52,294 bases of DNA, from positions 1-52,294 of the forward strand of contig JBAUZZ010000553.1 of NCBI GenBank assembly GCA_049585495.1, in the 5' to 3' direction. How positions within the stretch are numbered: position 1 is the stretch's first letter; each line of letters begins with the position of its first letter. The position numbers and the translations under genes were made by a program. Under the pieces are notes generated by a model that saw only the letters and a program-made list of their open reading frames with translations, was not told the DNA's origin and ran no database searches. The stretch comes from Chthoniobacterales bacterium. GTDB lineage: Bacteria > Verrucomicrobiota > Verrucomicrobiia > Chthoniobacterales > JAFAMB01. Below, in pieces: positions 8,226 through 17,376 of the stretch.

Positions 8226-9466
8226 GTCTTATTGTTCAAAAATTCGGAGGTACCTCGGTTGGAACTCCGGAACGTATTCTTGCGGTCGCGAAACGAATTC
8301 TGGCAACGCAGGCCGATAGAAACCAGGTTGTCGCGGTCTTGTCCGCCATGTCGGGCGTCACCGATAGCTTGATAGAGCTTGCCCGCGCGGTTGCACCACA
8401 TCCAACCGAACGCGAGATGGATGTGCTGCTCGCCACGGGCGAACAGACGACAATCGCCCTCACCGCGATGGCGATCGACGGCCTGGGCGGACAGGCAGTG
8501 TCCCTCACCGGTGCGCAGGCCGGGATTGTGACGGACGGTGTTCACACCAGGGCTAAGATCGCCAACATCACTCCGAAACGGATCCACGCCTTCCTCGAAG
8601 CGGGCAAAATCGTGATCGTGGCAGGTTTCCAGGGCGAGAGCTTCGATGGCCAGGTCACCACGCTCGGACGTGGCGGGTCGGATCTGACCGCGATCGCGTT
8701 GGCGGCGGCGATTAAAGCGGATCTGTGCCAGATTTTTACCGATGTCGAAGGTGTTTACACCTGCGATCCACGGATCGTAAAGGATGCACGGAAGATTCCG
8801 GAAATCTCGTATGACGAGATGCTGGAAATGGCTAGCCTCGGTTCTCGAGTGATGCAGTCGCGATCGGTTGAGTTTGCAAAAAAGTTCGGAGTTGTCTTCG
8901 AAGTCCGGAGCAGTTTTAACAACGAACCGGGAACGATTGTGAAAGCAGAGACGAGCAGCATGGAGAAAGTGGTCATTCGCGGCGTCAGCGTTGACCGTAA
9001 GCAAGCGAAAGTGACAATCAGCCAGGTGCCGGACAAGCCGGGCACCGCTTCCCGGGTCTTCAACGAGATCGCTGCCGCTAATGTGAATGTCGACATGATC
9101 GTGCAGAATGTCTCCGCCGCCGGGACCACTGACATTTCGTTTACCATACCGGCTGAAGAAATCGCCAAGACCGAGAAATCGCTGGGGCCGGTCGTCAAAG
9201 AGATCGGAGCCAAAGGCTTCACCGCGCAGGCCGGTATCGCGAAATTGAGCGTCGTCGGTATCGGTATGCGCTCACACTCCGGCGTCGCCGCGAGGATGTT
9301 TGAACTGCTGGCCAGCACCGGGATCAACATCCAGATGATCTCCACCTCCGAGATCAAAATCTCCGTGATCATTGATGAAGACCGGGTCGACGAAGGAGCG
9401 AATCTCGTCCACGCCGGCTTCGGCTTGGATTGCGCTTTTTTTGAAGAGGCAGAGCTTCGGTCGTGA
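8222..9466 (+). CDS. lysC: aspartate kinase
   Basis: MSLIVQKFGGTSVG, GRGGSDLTA, and two C-terminal ACT domains. ATGA overlap with the thrC stop. Confidence 0.95.
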   Translation: MSLIVQKFGGTSVGTPERILAVAKRILATQADRNQVVAVLSAMSGVTDSLIELARAVAPHPTEREMDVLLATGEQTTIALTAMAIDGLGGQAVSLTGAQAGIVTDGVHTRAKIANITPKRIHAFLEAGKIVIVAGFQGESFDGQVTTLGRGGSDLTAIALAAAIKADLCQIFTDVEGVYTCDPRIVKDARKIPEISYDEMLEMASLGSRVMQSRSVEFAKKFGVVFEVRSSFNNEPGTIVKAETSSMEKVVIRGVSVDRKQAKVTISQVPDKPGTASRVFNEIAAANVNVDMIVQNVSAAGTTDISFTIPAEEIAKTEKSLGPVVKEIGAKGFTAQAGIAKLSVVGIGMRSHSGVAARMFELLASTGINIQMISTSEIKISVIIDEDRVDEGANLVHAGFGLDCAFFEEAELRS

Positions 9467-9483
9467 GCTCAGGCGAACGGCTT

Positions 9484-9811
9484 CGCACAGAAGTCCGCGA
9501 AGACCTCACACAAAGGCCAGGAAGAAGATTTTACAGAAGCTCTCAAAGGCGGATTTGTAGGGCGGCTGGCTCAGCCGCCAGGAACACCCGGGCGAATCTC
9601 ACCCCAAACAGATCTCTCCAGCGCGTGAGCTACCCGCCGCAAGACCGGGAAACACGTTCCGACCATCGCATCGCCCCCACAGAACCCCAGAAGAGCCTTA
9701 CGCCAATGATCCTTCTCGACGGCTGAGCCAGCCGCCCTACAAAACCCTTTGAGTCCTTCGAGACCTTCTGTAAAAATTCCTTCGCGCTCTTCGTGTAAAA
9801 TCTTCGCGGCC
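9484..9811. repeat. composite MITE/REPIN-like element: ~65-bp terminal inverted repeats plus GTAG-head REP hairpins
   Basis: The left end ...gaagaagattttacagaagctctcaaaggcggatttgtagggcggctggctcagccgcc mirrors the right end ggctgagccagccgccctacaaaaccctttgagtccttcgagaccttctgtaaaaatt... The TIR words are shared with 33039-33338. Confidence 0.8.
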
Positions 9812-9840
9812 TTTTCCTAAACAGGCTAATTTCCTCCGCC

Positions 9841-11217
9841 ATGTGGAAAGGACGCTTCCAGCAAGAAACAGCGCCGGCGGTGCAGCGGTTCACCGAATCG
9901 GTCTCGTTCGACTGGCGTCTTTACAAGTTCGATATTCAAGGCTCGATTGCCCATTCCGCAGCCCTGGAAAAGGCGGGGTTGCTCACCGCTGAAGAGCAGC
10001 AGCAAATTGAGTCGGGTCTGAGGGCGATTGAGCGTGAGATCGACGAGGGCAAGTTTCTGTTCCGCCCGGAACTCGAAGACGTTCACATGAATATCGAATC
10101 AGCGCTCACGGTGCGCATCGGACCAGTGGGCGCCAAGTTGCACACTGCCCGGAGCCGAAATGATCAGGTTGCCCTGGACCTGCGGCTCTATCTCCGCCAT
10201 GAAGCCGGTGAGATCCGCCGCTTGATCACACGGTTACAGCGGGCTCTGGTCGACTCTGCTGGAAACTATCGCGACGCGGTTATTCCTGGGTACACGCATC
10301 TTCAGCGGGCACAACCGGTTCTGGTCGCTCACCACTTGCTCGCGTACGTCGAAATGTTGCAGCGAGATTGTGAACGATTGACCGATGCCACCAAGCGAAT
10401 CAATCGCATGCCCCTCGGCTCCGGTGCAATTGCGGGATCGACCATAGCGTTAGACCGCGAATATCTGGCAAAGCTACTCGACTTCCCGGAGGTTACGCGG
10501 AACAGCATGGACGCGGTCAGTGATCGGGACTTCGCTGTAGAAATGCTCTTCGCCCTAGCTCTGACCGGTGTTCATCTCTCCCGGCTAAGCGAAGATCTCA
10601 TCCTGTTCGCGTCTTCGGAATTTAAATTCATCCGCATCAGCGATGCTTACAGTACCGGTTCAAGCCTGATGCCACAAAAGAAAAATCCTGACGTGTGCGA
10701 GCTTACGCGCGGCAAGACAGGCCGCCTCATGGGAAACCTGGTCTCCTTGCTAACGACGCTCAAGGGTCTTCCCATGACCTACAATCGGGACATGCAAGAA
10801 GACAAGGAGGCCGTGTTCGACTCCATCGATCAAGTGAAGATTGCGCTCGAGGTTTACGTCGGAATGATCCCTGAGATCGAGATTGACACGTCCCGGGCTC
10901 GAGCCGCAGCCGAAGATCCAGCCCTGCTCGCCACTGATCTCGCCGACTACCTGGTGTTACGCGGTGTGCCATTCCGGCAGGCGCACGAAGTGATCGGTAA
11001 GCTGGTGGCGTATGCGTTGGACCAAAAACGAACGTTCCGCGAGCTGACGATTGATGAGTTCAGAGCATTTTCCGACCGGTTCGGACCGGACATATTTGAG
11101 GTTCTGAATCTCGATCGAGCTATCAGCCGGAGAACAACGATAGGGGCTCCATCCGCGGAGAACGTTGCTGCCGAGCTCGACCGCTGGAAGTCTGTGTTGG
11201 TGGCCCCCGACTTGTAG
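9841..11217 (+). CDS. argH: argininosuccinate lyase
   Basis: MWKGRF...FDWRLY, TARSRNDQV, GYTHLQRAQP, and the GSSLMPQKKNPD signature. Confidence 0.95.
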   Translation: MWKGRFQQETAPAVQRFTESVSFDWRLYKFDIQGSIAHSAALEKAGLLTAEEQQQIESGLRAIEREIDEGKFLFRPELEDVHMNIESALTVRIGPVGAKLHTARSRNDQVALDLRLYLRHEAGEIRRLITRLQRALVDSAGNYRDAVIPGYTHLQRAQPVLVAHHLLAYVEMLQRDCERLTDATKRINRMPLGSGAIAGSTIALDREYLAKLLDFPEVTRNSMDAVSDRDFAVEMLFALALTGVHLSRLSEDLILFASSEFKFIRISDAYSTGSSLMPQKKNPDVCELTRGKTGRLMGNLVSLLTTLKGLPMTYNRDMQEDKEAVFDSIDQVKIALEVYVGMIPEIEIDTSRARAAAEDPALLATDLADYLVLRGVPFRQAHEVIGKLVAYALDQKRTFRELTIDEFRAFSDRFGPDIFEVLNLDRAISRRTTIGAPSAENVAAELDRWKSVLVAPDL

Positions 11218-11300
11218 GGCGGTGGCTCACGCGCCGGGGAAATCTACTTGGCCTGAGATTCGCACGGGTGTTCCCGGCGGCTGAGCCAGCCTCCCTACAA
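11213..11300. repeat. REP doublet (REPIN-like), heads outward
   Basis: tgtagggcggtggctcacgcgcc (11213-11235) and ggcggctgagccagcctccctacaa (11276-11300). The argH TAG stop (11215-11217) is the TAG of the GTAG head. Confidence 0.85.
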
Positions 11301-11338
11301 GTCCACTTCTTCGCGTCCTTTGTGTCACCCACGAAAAA

Positions 11339-11962
11339 ATGTTGCAGCCGAGCTGGAAGCATGGGACGCAAAGCTGCGTGAAAAACCTTGATGCCTGGCA
11401 AATTCTGGAATCGAGGTCCTTATTCAAGAATCCTCACGTCGAAGTCCTCGAGGAGCGCGTGTCGCTCCCCGGCGAAGACCGGATTCGGACCTGGACGACA
11501 GTCCGCCGGAAGAAAGCGGTTGTCATTGCCCCGGTCACCGAAGGTGGTCGTTTTGTTCTGATTCATGAGGCCCGGGTACCCGTCCGAAAATGGCTATGGG
11601 AGTTTCCTGCCGGTCAGGTTGATGAAGCCGTTGAACCAAGCTCGGACGCGATCCGGGAGACGGCGGTGCGCGAGCTAACGGAAGAAACAGGTTATGAACT
11701 GGTCCCCGGGGGCGACCTCACGTTCCTTGGACACTTCTATTCCTCCCAAGGATTTACAGACGAAACGCAGCATTTATTCCTTGCTCGACCGGTCCGCCCG
11801 ACCGGGAAGAGTCATCAGCCGGACCAAAGCGAGGCGATTGCGGAGTGCCGCGAATTTACCTTCGCCGAGTTGCGCGCAATGATTGCGGGACACATCATTC
11901 AGGATGCAAACACGCTGGGCCTGTTTGCCCGGCTAACGGCAAAGAACCTATTGGCCGATTAA
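11339..11962 (+). CDS. NUDIX hydrolase (ADP-ribose pyrophosphatase-like)
   Basis: Nudix box GQVDEAVEPSSDAIRETAVRELTEETGY. Exact start is uncertain. Confidence 0.85.
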   Translation: MLQPSWKHGTQSCVKNLDAWQILESRSLFKNPHVEVLEERVSLPGEDRIRTWTTVRRKKAVVIAPVTEGGRFVLIHEARVPVRKWLWEFPAGQVDEAVEPSSDAIRETAVRELTEETGYELVPGGDLTFLGHFYSSQGFTDETQHLFLARPVRPTGKSHQPDQSEAIAECREFTFAELRAMIAGHIIQDANTLGLFARLTAKNLLAD

Positions 11963-11968
11963 AGTGCT

Positions 11969-12778
11969 ATGCGCTGGAAACTATCGGACATATTCAAATT
12001 CCGTGAAGGCGATTCTCCGGACGCGACCAAGCCGTTTCTGGATCACCTTGAGGATCTGCGCTGGGTGATTATCAAGATGGCGATCGCACTGGGCGCCGCA
12101 ATGATGCTGTCATTTCTGTTCCGGTTCCAGCTAGTGCATATCCTGCAATGGCCGTTAAAGAAGATCGATCCGAACCTGTTGAAAACGCTTGTCTCGCTCG
12201 GTGTTGCCGACTCTTTGACGATTTCCTTCCAACTTGCCTTCTATGCAGGAATCGTCCTGGCATTCCCGTTTCTCATCTATTTTGCCGCTGAATTTGTGTT
12301 GCCGGCCCTGACCCCACATGAGAAGAAAGCGATGCTCCCGGCGGTCTTAGTGGGGTTCGGACTATTCGTTGGTGGTGTCGTCTTCTCCTACTACTTCGTC
12401 CTGCCTCCGACTCTCCGGTTTTTCTTCCACGATGCCCAGGCCATGCAATGGACTCCAACCTGGACGGTGCGCGATTACTTTTCGTTCGTGACCCAAGCCT
12501 GCGTTGGATTCGGCGTCGCCTTTGAGCTCCCGGTGGTCATTCTGGTTATGATCCGGCTCGGAATCGTATCCACTGCCCTGCTCCGGCGAACCCGGGCCTA
12601 TGCTTTCCTGCTCATCTTCATCGCGGCGGCATTCCTCGCGCCCACACCTGATGCCGTTTCCATGGCGATGATGGGAACCCCGATGTATTTGCTCTACGAA
12701 GCCTGCATCGTGGTGGGCGGATTCATCGAGAAGAAACGCAAACGCGAGCAGGAAGCGGCCCTGGCCGCGAAGGGCTAA
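11969..12778 (+). CDS. tatC: twin-arginine translocase subunit TatC
   Basis: FLDHLEDLRWVIIK, six hydrophobic segments, and FFAAEFVLPALTPHEKK, typical of TatC. Confidence 0.92.
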   Translation: MRWKLSDIFKFREGDSPDATKPFLDHLEDLRWVIIKMAIALGAAMMLSFLFRFQLVHILQWPLKKIDPNLLKTLVSLGVADSLTISFQLAFYAGIVLAFPFLIYFAAEFVLPALTPHEKKAMLPAVLVGFGLFVGGVVFSYYFVLPPTLRFFFHDAQAMQWTPTWTVRDYFSFVTQACVGFGVAFELPVVILVMIRLGIVSTALLRRTRAYAFLLIFIAAAFLAPTPDAVSMAMMGTPMYLLYEACIVVGGFIEKKRKREQEAALAAKG

Positions 12779-12920
12779 GGGTAAGGGAGTTCCGGAGCGA
12801 GTGAGTAGTAAGTAGTTGTCAGTAGTCTGTAGTCTGTGATCTGTAATTTGTAATTATCACAGACCACAGAATACTGATTACTGACCACCGACAACTGACC
12901 ACTGTCTCCCGCCCTCTCAC
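12779..12920. repeat. arm-only low-complexity hairpin (CAGT/ACTGATT words, CTCTCACC tail), possible bidirectional terminator
   Basis: gtgagtagtaagtagttgtcagtagtctgtagtctgtgatctgtaat / ttgtaatt / atcacagaccacagaatactgattactgaccaccgacaactgaccactg...ccctctcacccc. Fills the convergent gap between tatC and the VWA gene and contains the stop at 12917. Confidence 0.8.
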
Positions 12921-15499
12921 CCCATCCTCCTCCTTAAGAAAATATCCAAGGGCAGCAGGAGTGCCGCGAGAGTCAACAGCCATGGCGCCAGGTCGATCCG
13001 GTCTCCGGGGACTCGCGGACCCGGCTGGAAAATCTCGGATGGCTTCGGTTCAAAACGCCCCTGGCCGGCGCCAGCGATCTTCTCCGGCGTCTCCTCATCC
13101 GTGCCAAAGTTGAGAAATTCTTTTGGATAACTGCGCACATAGTTGAGCGTAACCGGCGGAAAATTTGGAGCGCTAACCGAGATAAGACGAAGCCCCTGGT
13201 CCGGCAGTTTGAGATCGGCGATGTATCGCCCTGGACCAACTTGAGTAGCACTCTCCGTCTCGGTCTCTCCATCCGCGCCGGCGGAGACGACCGTAAGCGT
13301 CAGGCCATCGGCAAAAGAGCCGTCCGGTCGAACCGCGTTCACTTCGGTTCGTAGCCTGGAGTCTTCTTTTTCCTGAAGATTTACTTGAAACAAACCCGCA
13401 TCCGTACGGCGCATCAGGCTTCGAATCGCCTGGGACCAAAATTTTCCGAACCCAGGCCAGGATAACCATTCGGAGGCCCACCGGTTCTTCACATCGCTGG
13501 TGAAGGCGGCCGTCTGCCCAAGACCGAATCGCCACGTTGCAAAGAGCGGCTCACCTCGTTCCGTTGCCAAGAGAACATCAGCAGTGGGTTTCGGCTTAGT
13601 CGAGTTGTAACCGAGCAAAACCGGAGACTGACTCCAATCGATTCCCTCCAGAACTTTTGAATCTCGGACCGGTTGAGCCTGGAAGGGATCTTCGATCAAG
13701 CTGCTTTGGGCTACTTTCATGGTTTCGGTCGTAAAGATCTGCGGCAAATTCGCCGGGTCATTCGTCAAGTAAAATCGGCCGTTCCCGCGCTCTGCGAGCA
13801 GTTTGAGGAAAGGCACGTCTTTGTCGCTTTCGAATCCGAGACCGACCACCGATGTGGTGACACGATCGCTGAGGAGCATCGACACGAGATCCAACGCGGT
13901 ACCTTTGCCTTGCGCACCGTCAGGCATCTCGCCAGCAAATTTCTCTTCGGCATCAGCCGCATCAGAAAACAGAATCACGTGCTTAATTTGCGCATTGATG
14001 TCGCGCATCACTTTGAACGCCTCGAGAAGCGAGGTGTAGATATAAATTCCCCCTCCGGCCGAGTCGATCCCGAGAATTTTTGGTAAAAGCGTCGGGCGAT
14101 CCTGGAGCCGGGCCAGCGGCACCACTTGGTGGACTTTCGTATCAACCGCAAACAAGCCGAAGTAGTCGTTATCCTTCAACACGTCCATGGCAAGAACCGC
14201 ACCCTGGTCTGCGAGTGAGATCTTGGTGCGTCCTTGAACGGGAGCGGCCATCGAACCGGACCGGTCCAGGATGACTAACAGTGCTACCGACGGCGTTTCC
14301 TGGCGGTCATCGTGCTCCATCCGCACCGGAAGAATCTGTTCGACCGGTGTACGGTAGTATCCCCCGACGCCAAAACTGTTCTCACCGCCGGTCAAGATAA
14401 AGCCGCCACCCAAGTCTCGAACCCAGGTGCGCAAGAGCTCCATCTGCGACTGGGAGAGCAATAGAGCTGGCACATCGCTGGCGAGCAGCAGGTCGAAACC
14501 GTCAAGGTCTTCAATGGACTTCGGGAACCCTTGGGCTGAACGCACTTCAACCTGGAACCGTTCGTTGCGAAGCAGCCGGGCCAAAGGTTCTAGCCGCCTC
14601 TCTTCCGAATCGATCATCAGGACGCGCGGCTGCCCTCGGATCTGCACCACCGCTTCGCCGATATTGTTTTCAGCAAAGGTGTCGCCGGCCGCCTTTATTT
14701 CCACCTCATACCGGCTTCCTTCGGACGTCAAATTTTCAAACCGCACCGTATTTCGGCCTACTTTTAGTGGCACTGATTTTTCCCGAACCAGGAACTGATT
14801 CTCATAAAGCTTAACTGTGCCAGGCTGCTCGCGATTGGAACGAATCGTGGCCGTCAAATCAAACGGCTCGCCCGCCGCGAGGTTTCGCGGCACTTGAACC
14901 GATTCAACCAGAACCTCCGGTAAATCCGGATTCGGCAGGGCAACCGTTTCAATCTGCGTACCGCGTCCGCCCAGAGTTGCGGCCAACTCCTCTGCTCCAT
15001 TCGAGGTGTCGTTGCCATCACTCAGCAAAACGACTTTCCTTCGTCTATCCCTGGGTAGAATCGCTCCTGCGAATTCCAGGGCTGAACGAAAGTCCGTTCC
15101 CCGCTTGTGCTGGATCTCGGGCCAATTAAAAGCATTGGTCTGGTTGCTGAATGGGCGCCAGAGCTCGCACCCCTCGGCAAAGCCAACGATCGCGTATTCA
15201 TCACCTGGCCGAATAGTCTTCAGGCTATCCTCAACATACTGCCGGGCCGTTGCTCGCGCCGGCTTGGAAATGCTTGCTGAGTCGTCGACCAGATAGACGA
15301 CGGCGAGCCGGTCACTGGTGGTTCGCCAGTGGGGACCGGCGACCGCAAACACAACCATGGCAAGCGATGCGACACGGAGTAGCATGATCCCTGCCTGTTG
15401 ACCAGTCGTCAGCGCCACCAGTGATCGGCGCGATAACAGCCACAGCAAAGCGAGCACAGGGAGGAACCCAAGGAACCACGGGTAAGTCCATTCAATCAT
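12917..15499 (-). CDS. BatA-N/double-VWA membrane protein (Bat/aerotolerance-like operon)
   Basis: ORF 12917-15583 trimmed to the ATG at 15499 (ATGA overlap with the upstream stop). The N-terminus MIEWTYPWFLGFLPVLALLWLL resembles a BatA N-terminal domain. Two MIDAS-like motifs (VYLVDDSASIS, LVILDRSGSM) and a C-terminal TM segment. Confidence 0.85.
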   Translation of the reverse strand: MIEWTYPWFLGFLPVLALLWLLSRRSLVALTTGQQAGIMLLRVASLAMVVFAVAGPHWRTTSDRLAVVYLVDDSASISKPARATARQYVEDSLKTIRPGDEYAIVGFAEGCELWRPFSNQTNAFNWPEIQHKRGTDFRSALEFAGAILPRDRRRKVVLLSDGNDTSNGAEELAATLGGRGTQIETVALPNPDLPEVLVESVQVPRNLAAGEPFDLTATIRSNREQPGTVKLYENQFLVREKSVPLKVGRNTVRFENLTSEGSRYEVEIKAAGDTFAENNIGEAVVQIRGQPRVLMIDSEERRLEPLARLLRNERFQVEVRSAQGFPKSIEDLDGFDLLLASDVPALLLSQSQMELLRTWVRDLGGGFILTGGENSFGVGGYYRTPVEQILPVRMEHDDRQETPSVALLVILDRSGSMAAPVQGRTKISLADQGAVLAMDVLKDNDYFGLFAVDTKVHQVVPLARLQDRPTLLPKILGIDSAGGGIYIYTSLLEAFKVMRDINAQIKHVILFSDAADAEEKFAGEMPDGAQGKGTALDLVSMLLSDRVTTSVVGLGFESDKDVPFLKLLAERGNGRFYLTNDPANLPQIFTTETMKVAQSSLIEDPFQAQPVRDSKVLEGIDWSQSPVLLGYNSTKPKPTADVLLATERGEPLFATWRFGLGQTAAFTSDVKNRWASEWLSWPGFGKFWSQAIRSLMRRTDAGLFQVNLQEKEDSRLRTEVNAVRPDGSFADGLTLTVVSAGADGETETESATQVGPGRYIADLKLPDQGLRLISVSAPNFPPVTLNYVRSYPKEFLNFGTDEETPEKIAGAGQGRFEPKPSEIFQPGPRVPGDRIDLAPWLLTLAALLLPLDIFLRRRMG

Positions 15500-17376
15500 T
15501 CCGTTCGCCGCTGATGATACATCCACCATTCCAAACCTGAGAGTACGATGGCCAGGAACCCGCAGTAGATCCAGAGCGGCCACACCAGCCAGCCTTGCAG
15601 GGCGCCAGGCTGTAGGACGGCTGGTCCAGCCGCCGGGGCACCTCCTGAATTTGCCGAATTGATTGTCTCGGCGCCTGAGCCAGGCGCCTTACGACGAAGG
15701 TCGGATTGCGACGTGTCTTGGGTGTTTACCGCGATCGCACTGCGCAGCGGGTCATTTGCCAGTTCGTAAAATCCGGATCGCAACGGCCGGAAGCGACCTT
15801 CGGACTTCAATGGCGGGCCAGGTCCATCGCCGGGGCGTTTGGTCACCTGGACACCAGGGCCAAGTTCAATCGATTCTCCACACCGAAACTGAACCGGAGG
15901 TTGATCCGTCTTATTCGAGAGCCAGGTTAAAGCATTTCGAATCAGCAAGGGAAACGCGACACGCAATGGCAGATCTGAATCCGCCGGATCAAATCCGACA
16001 ATGACCCGGCGCTTCCCGGAGGACTCCAGGGAGAGCACGAGCGGACCCTCAGAGGAGACCATCGGCGCGCGAACCGTCCAACCGTTGACCGCCGCGGGAA
16101 GCCGCCGCGCCTTTAGAATTATTGTCCCCGTCAAATCGACAAACCGGGCTAGCGGATGGGAATGGTCCGTCTCAACCAGCAACGGTCTATCAACCTGGCC
16201 GGCGCTTTCGGTGGGGCAGCATCCGAGGAAGAGGTAATTGCCCGAGGAATCCAGCGAAACCCCGGGTGGAATCTCGCGATCGAGTATTACCGCCTCAAAG
16301 CCGGCAGCAAGTGCCGGCCTGAAATTGTCCGGACTGACAATTTGCGGTTCAACCGTTTCGTCCGCCCGGAGAAGGTTTTCCAGAAACCAGTTATTCTTCG
16401 TTACCAGGAGAACACGGACGGGCCGCTCCTCTGGAAGCACCGCGTAGGCTTCGTTATCGGAATCCAGCGCGTCCTTTTCCGATACTCTCGCAACGATCAG
16501 GCCACGGCTGTTTGCGTAACGCCGGACCGTTTTTATCCCTGTGAAGATAACGGGTTCCACTTCGCCCGGGTTCAGCTCGACCGATTTGACATCAAACAGC
16601 GCCCGGTCGACGTCCAGCTCGACCGGCACGGTGCGGCGGGTTGCGCTAAAGTTCCCGACTCGGACAAAGACCTCAGCAGACTGCCGATCGTTTACCAAAG
16701 GTCGCGCTTCAATCCCGACGATCCCGAGATTATCCAGGGAGTGATTCGTCAGAGGAATCTGGGCAATGACTGCGGACCCATCACCGCGCGGTGGCGTCTC
16801 GTCGCTCACAACCAAGATTTCCCGGGTTCCGCTGCGAGAGGCCAAGATGCTCTGGCTGAGCCGAACGGCAGCTTCGAGCTGACCAGCGGTGTCCGTTGGC
16901 TCAACTCGGTTAAGCGCCTGAACCAGAGAGGCCACATCGTCCGTTAACGGTGCGATCGTTTCCGGCATTCCTTGCACTACAATGAGCCCGACCGGATTGC
17001 GTGCATTCGCCTGGCGCAGGAGGGAGAGTACCTTCGCTTTGGCGACCTCCAGGCGCGTTCGGCCAGTTGCGTCTCTTGCCTGCATCCGGGCCCGGTTGTC
17101 CAGCACCACCATCGTGCTCCCGACCTCTTTCGGAGCGCCTGGCCACTCCAGGTGGGTGGCTGCCAGAATCAGGCAAATCAGAATGGCCAGGTTCAAAAGC
17201 AGAGACCACAGGTTTCGAAGCCGATGGAAGAGAGCGCGCCGCTGGTGCTCTTCGATCACTTTCCGCCAAAAAAGCAAGGTCGAGACGGTTCGACGACGGC
17301 GCCGAACCCTCAACAGGTACAGCGCGACAACCACCGGCACCAAGCCCAGTAGCCCAAGCGCAATCGGATAACTCAC
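15496..17376 (-). CDS. BatA-N-domain membrane protein (Bat-like operon)
   Basis: ORF 15496-17793 trimmed to the GTG at 17376 (GTGA overlap with the DUF58 stop). The N-terminus VSYPIALGLLGLVPVVVALYLLRVRRRR is BatA-N-like, with a second TM and a C-terminal TM. Confidence 0.78.
   Translation of the reverse strand: MSYPIALGLLGLVPVVVALYLLRVRRRRRTVSTLLFWRKVIEEHQRRALFHRLRNLWSLLLNLAILICLILAATHLEWPGAPKEVGSTMVVLDNRARMQARDATGRTRLEVAKAKVLSLLRQANARNPVGLIVVQGMPETIAPLTDDVASLVQALNRVEPTDTAGQLEAAVRLSQSILASRSGTREILVVSDETPPRGDGSAVIAQIPLTNHSLDNLGIVGIEARPLVNDRQSAEVFVRVGNFSATRRTVPVELDVDRALFDVKSVELNPGEVEPVIFTGIKTVRRYANSRGLIVARVSEKDALDSDNEAYAVLPEERPVRVLLVTKNNWFLENLLRADETVEPQIVSPDNFRPALAAGFEAVILDREIPPGVSLDSSGNYLFLGCCPTESAGQVDRPLLVETDHSHPLARFVDLTGTIILKARRLPAAVNGWTVRAPMVSSEGPLVLSLESSGKRRVIVGFDPADSDLPLRVAFPLLIRNALTWLSNKTDQPPVQFRCGESIELGPGVQVTKRPGDGPGPPLKSEGRFRPLRSGFYELANDPLRSAIAVNTQDTSQSDLRRKAPGSGAETINSANSGGAPAAGPAVLQPGALQGWLVWPLWIYCGFLAIVLSGLEWWMYHQRRTE

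Noticed and set aside
8216-9004. Long antisense ORFs opposite well-supported genes (8216-9004, 16156-16947, 34593-35294, 43136-43633, 46847-47740, 47943-48722, 49075-49899, 50131-50796)
   Set aside because: These are shadow ORFs of GC-rich coding DNA. They have no recognisable motifs and each fully overlaps a gene with strong family signatures.
9463-11427. Small ORFs 9463-9726, 9630-9893, 11123-11401 and 11227-11427 (peptides with CRAAGSAA / VGRLAQPP)
   Set aside because: They are encoded by REP hairpins and TIRs on both strands, and the same peptide strings recur wherever the repeat occurs.
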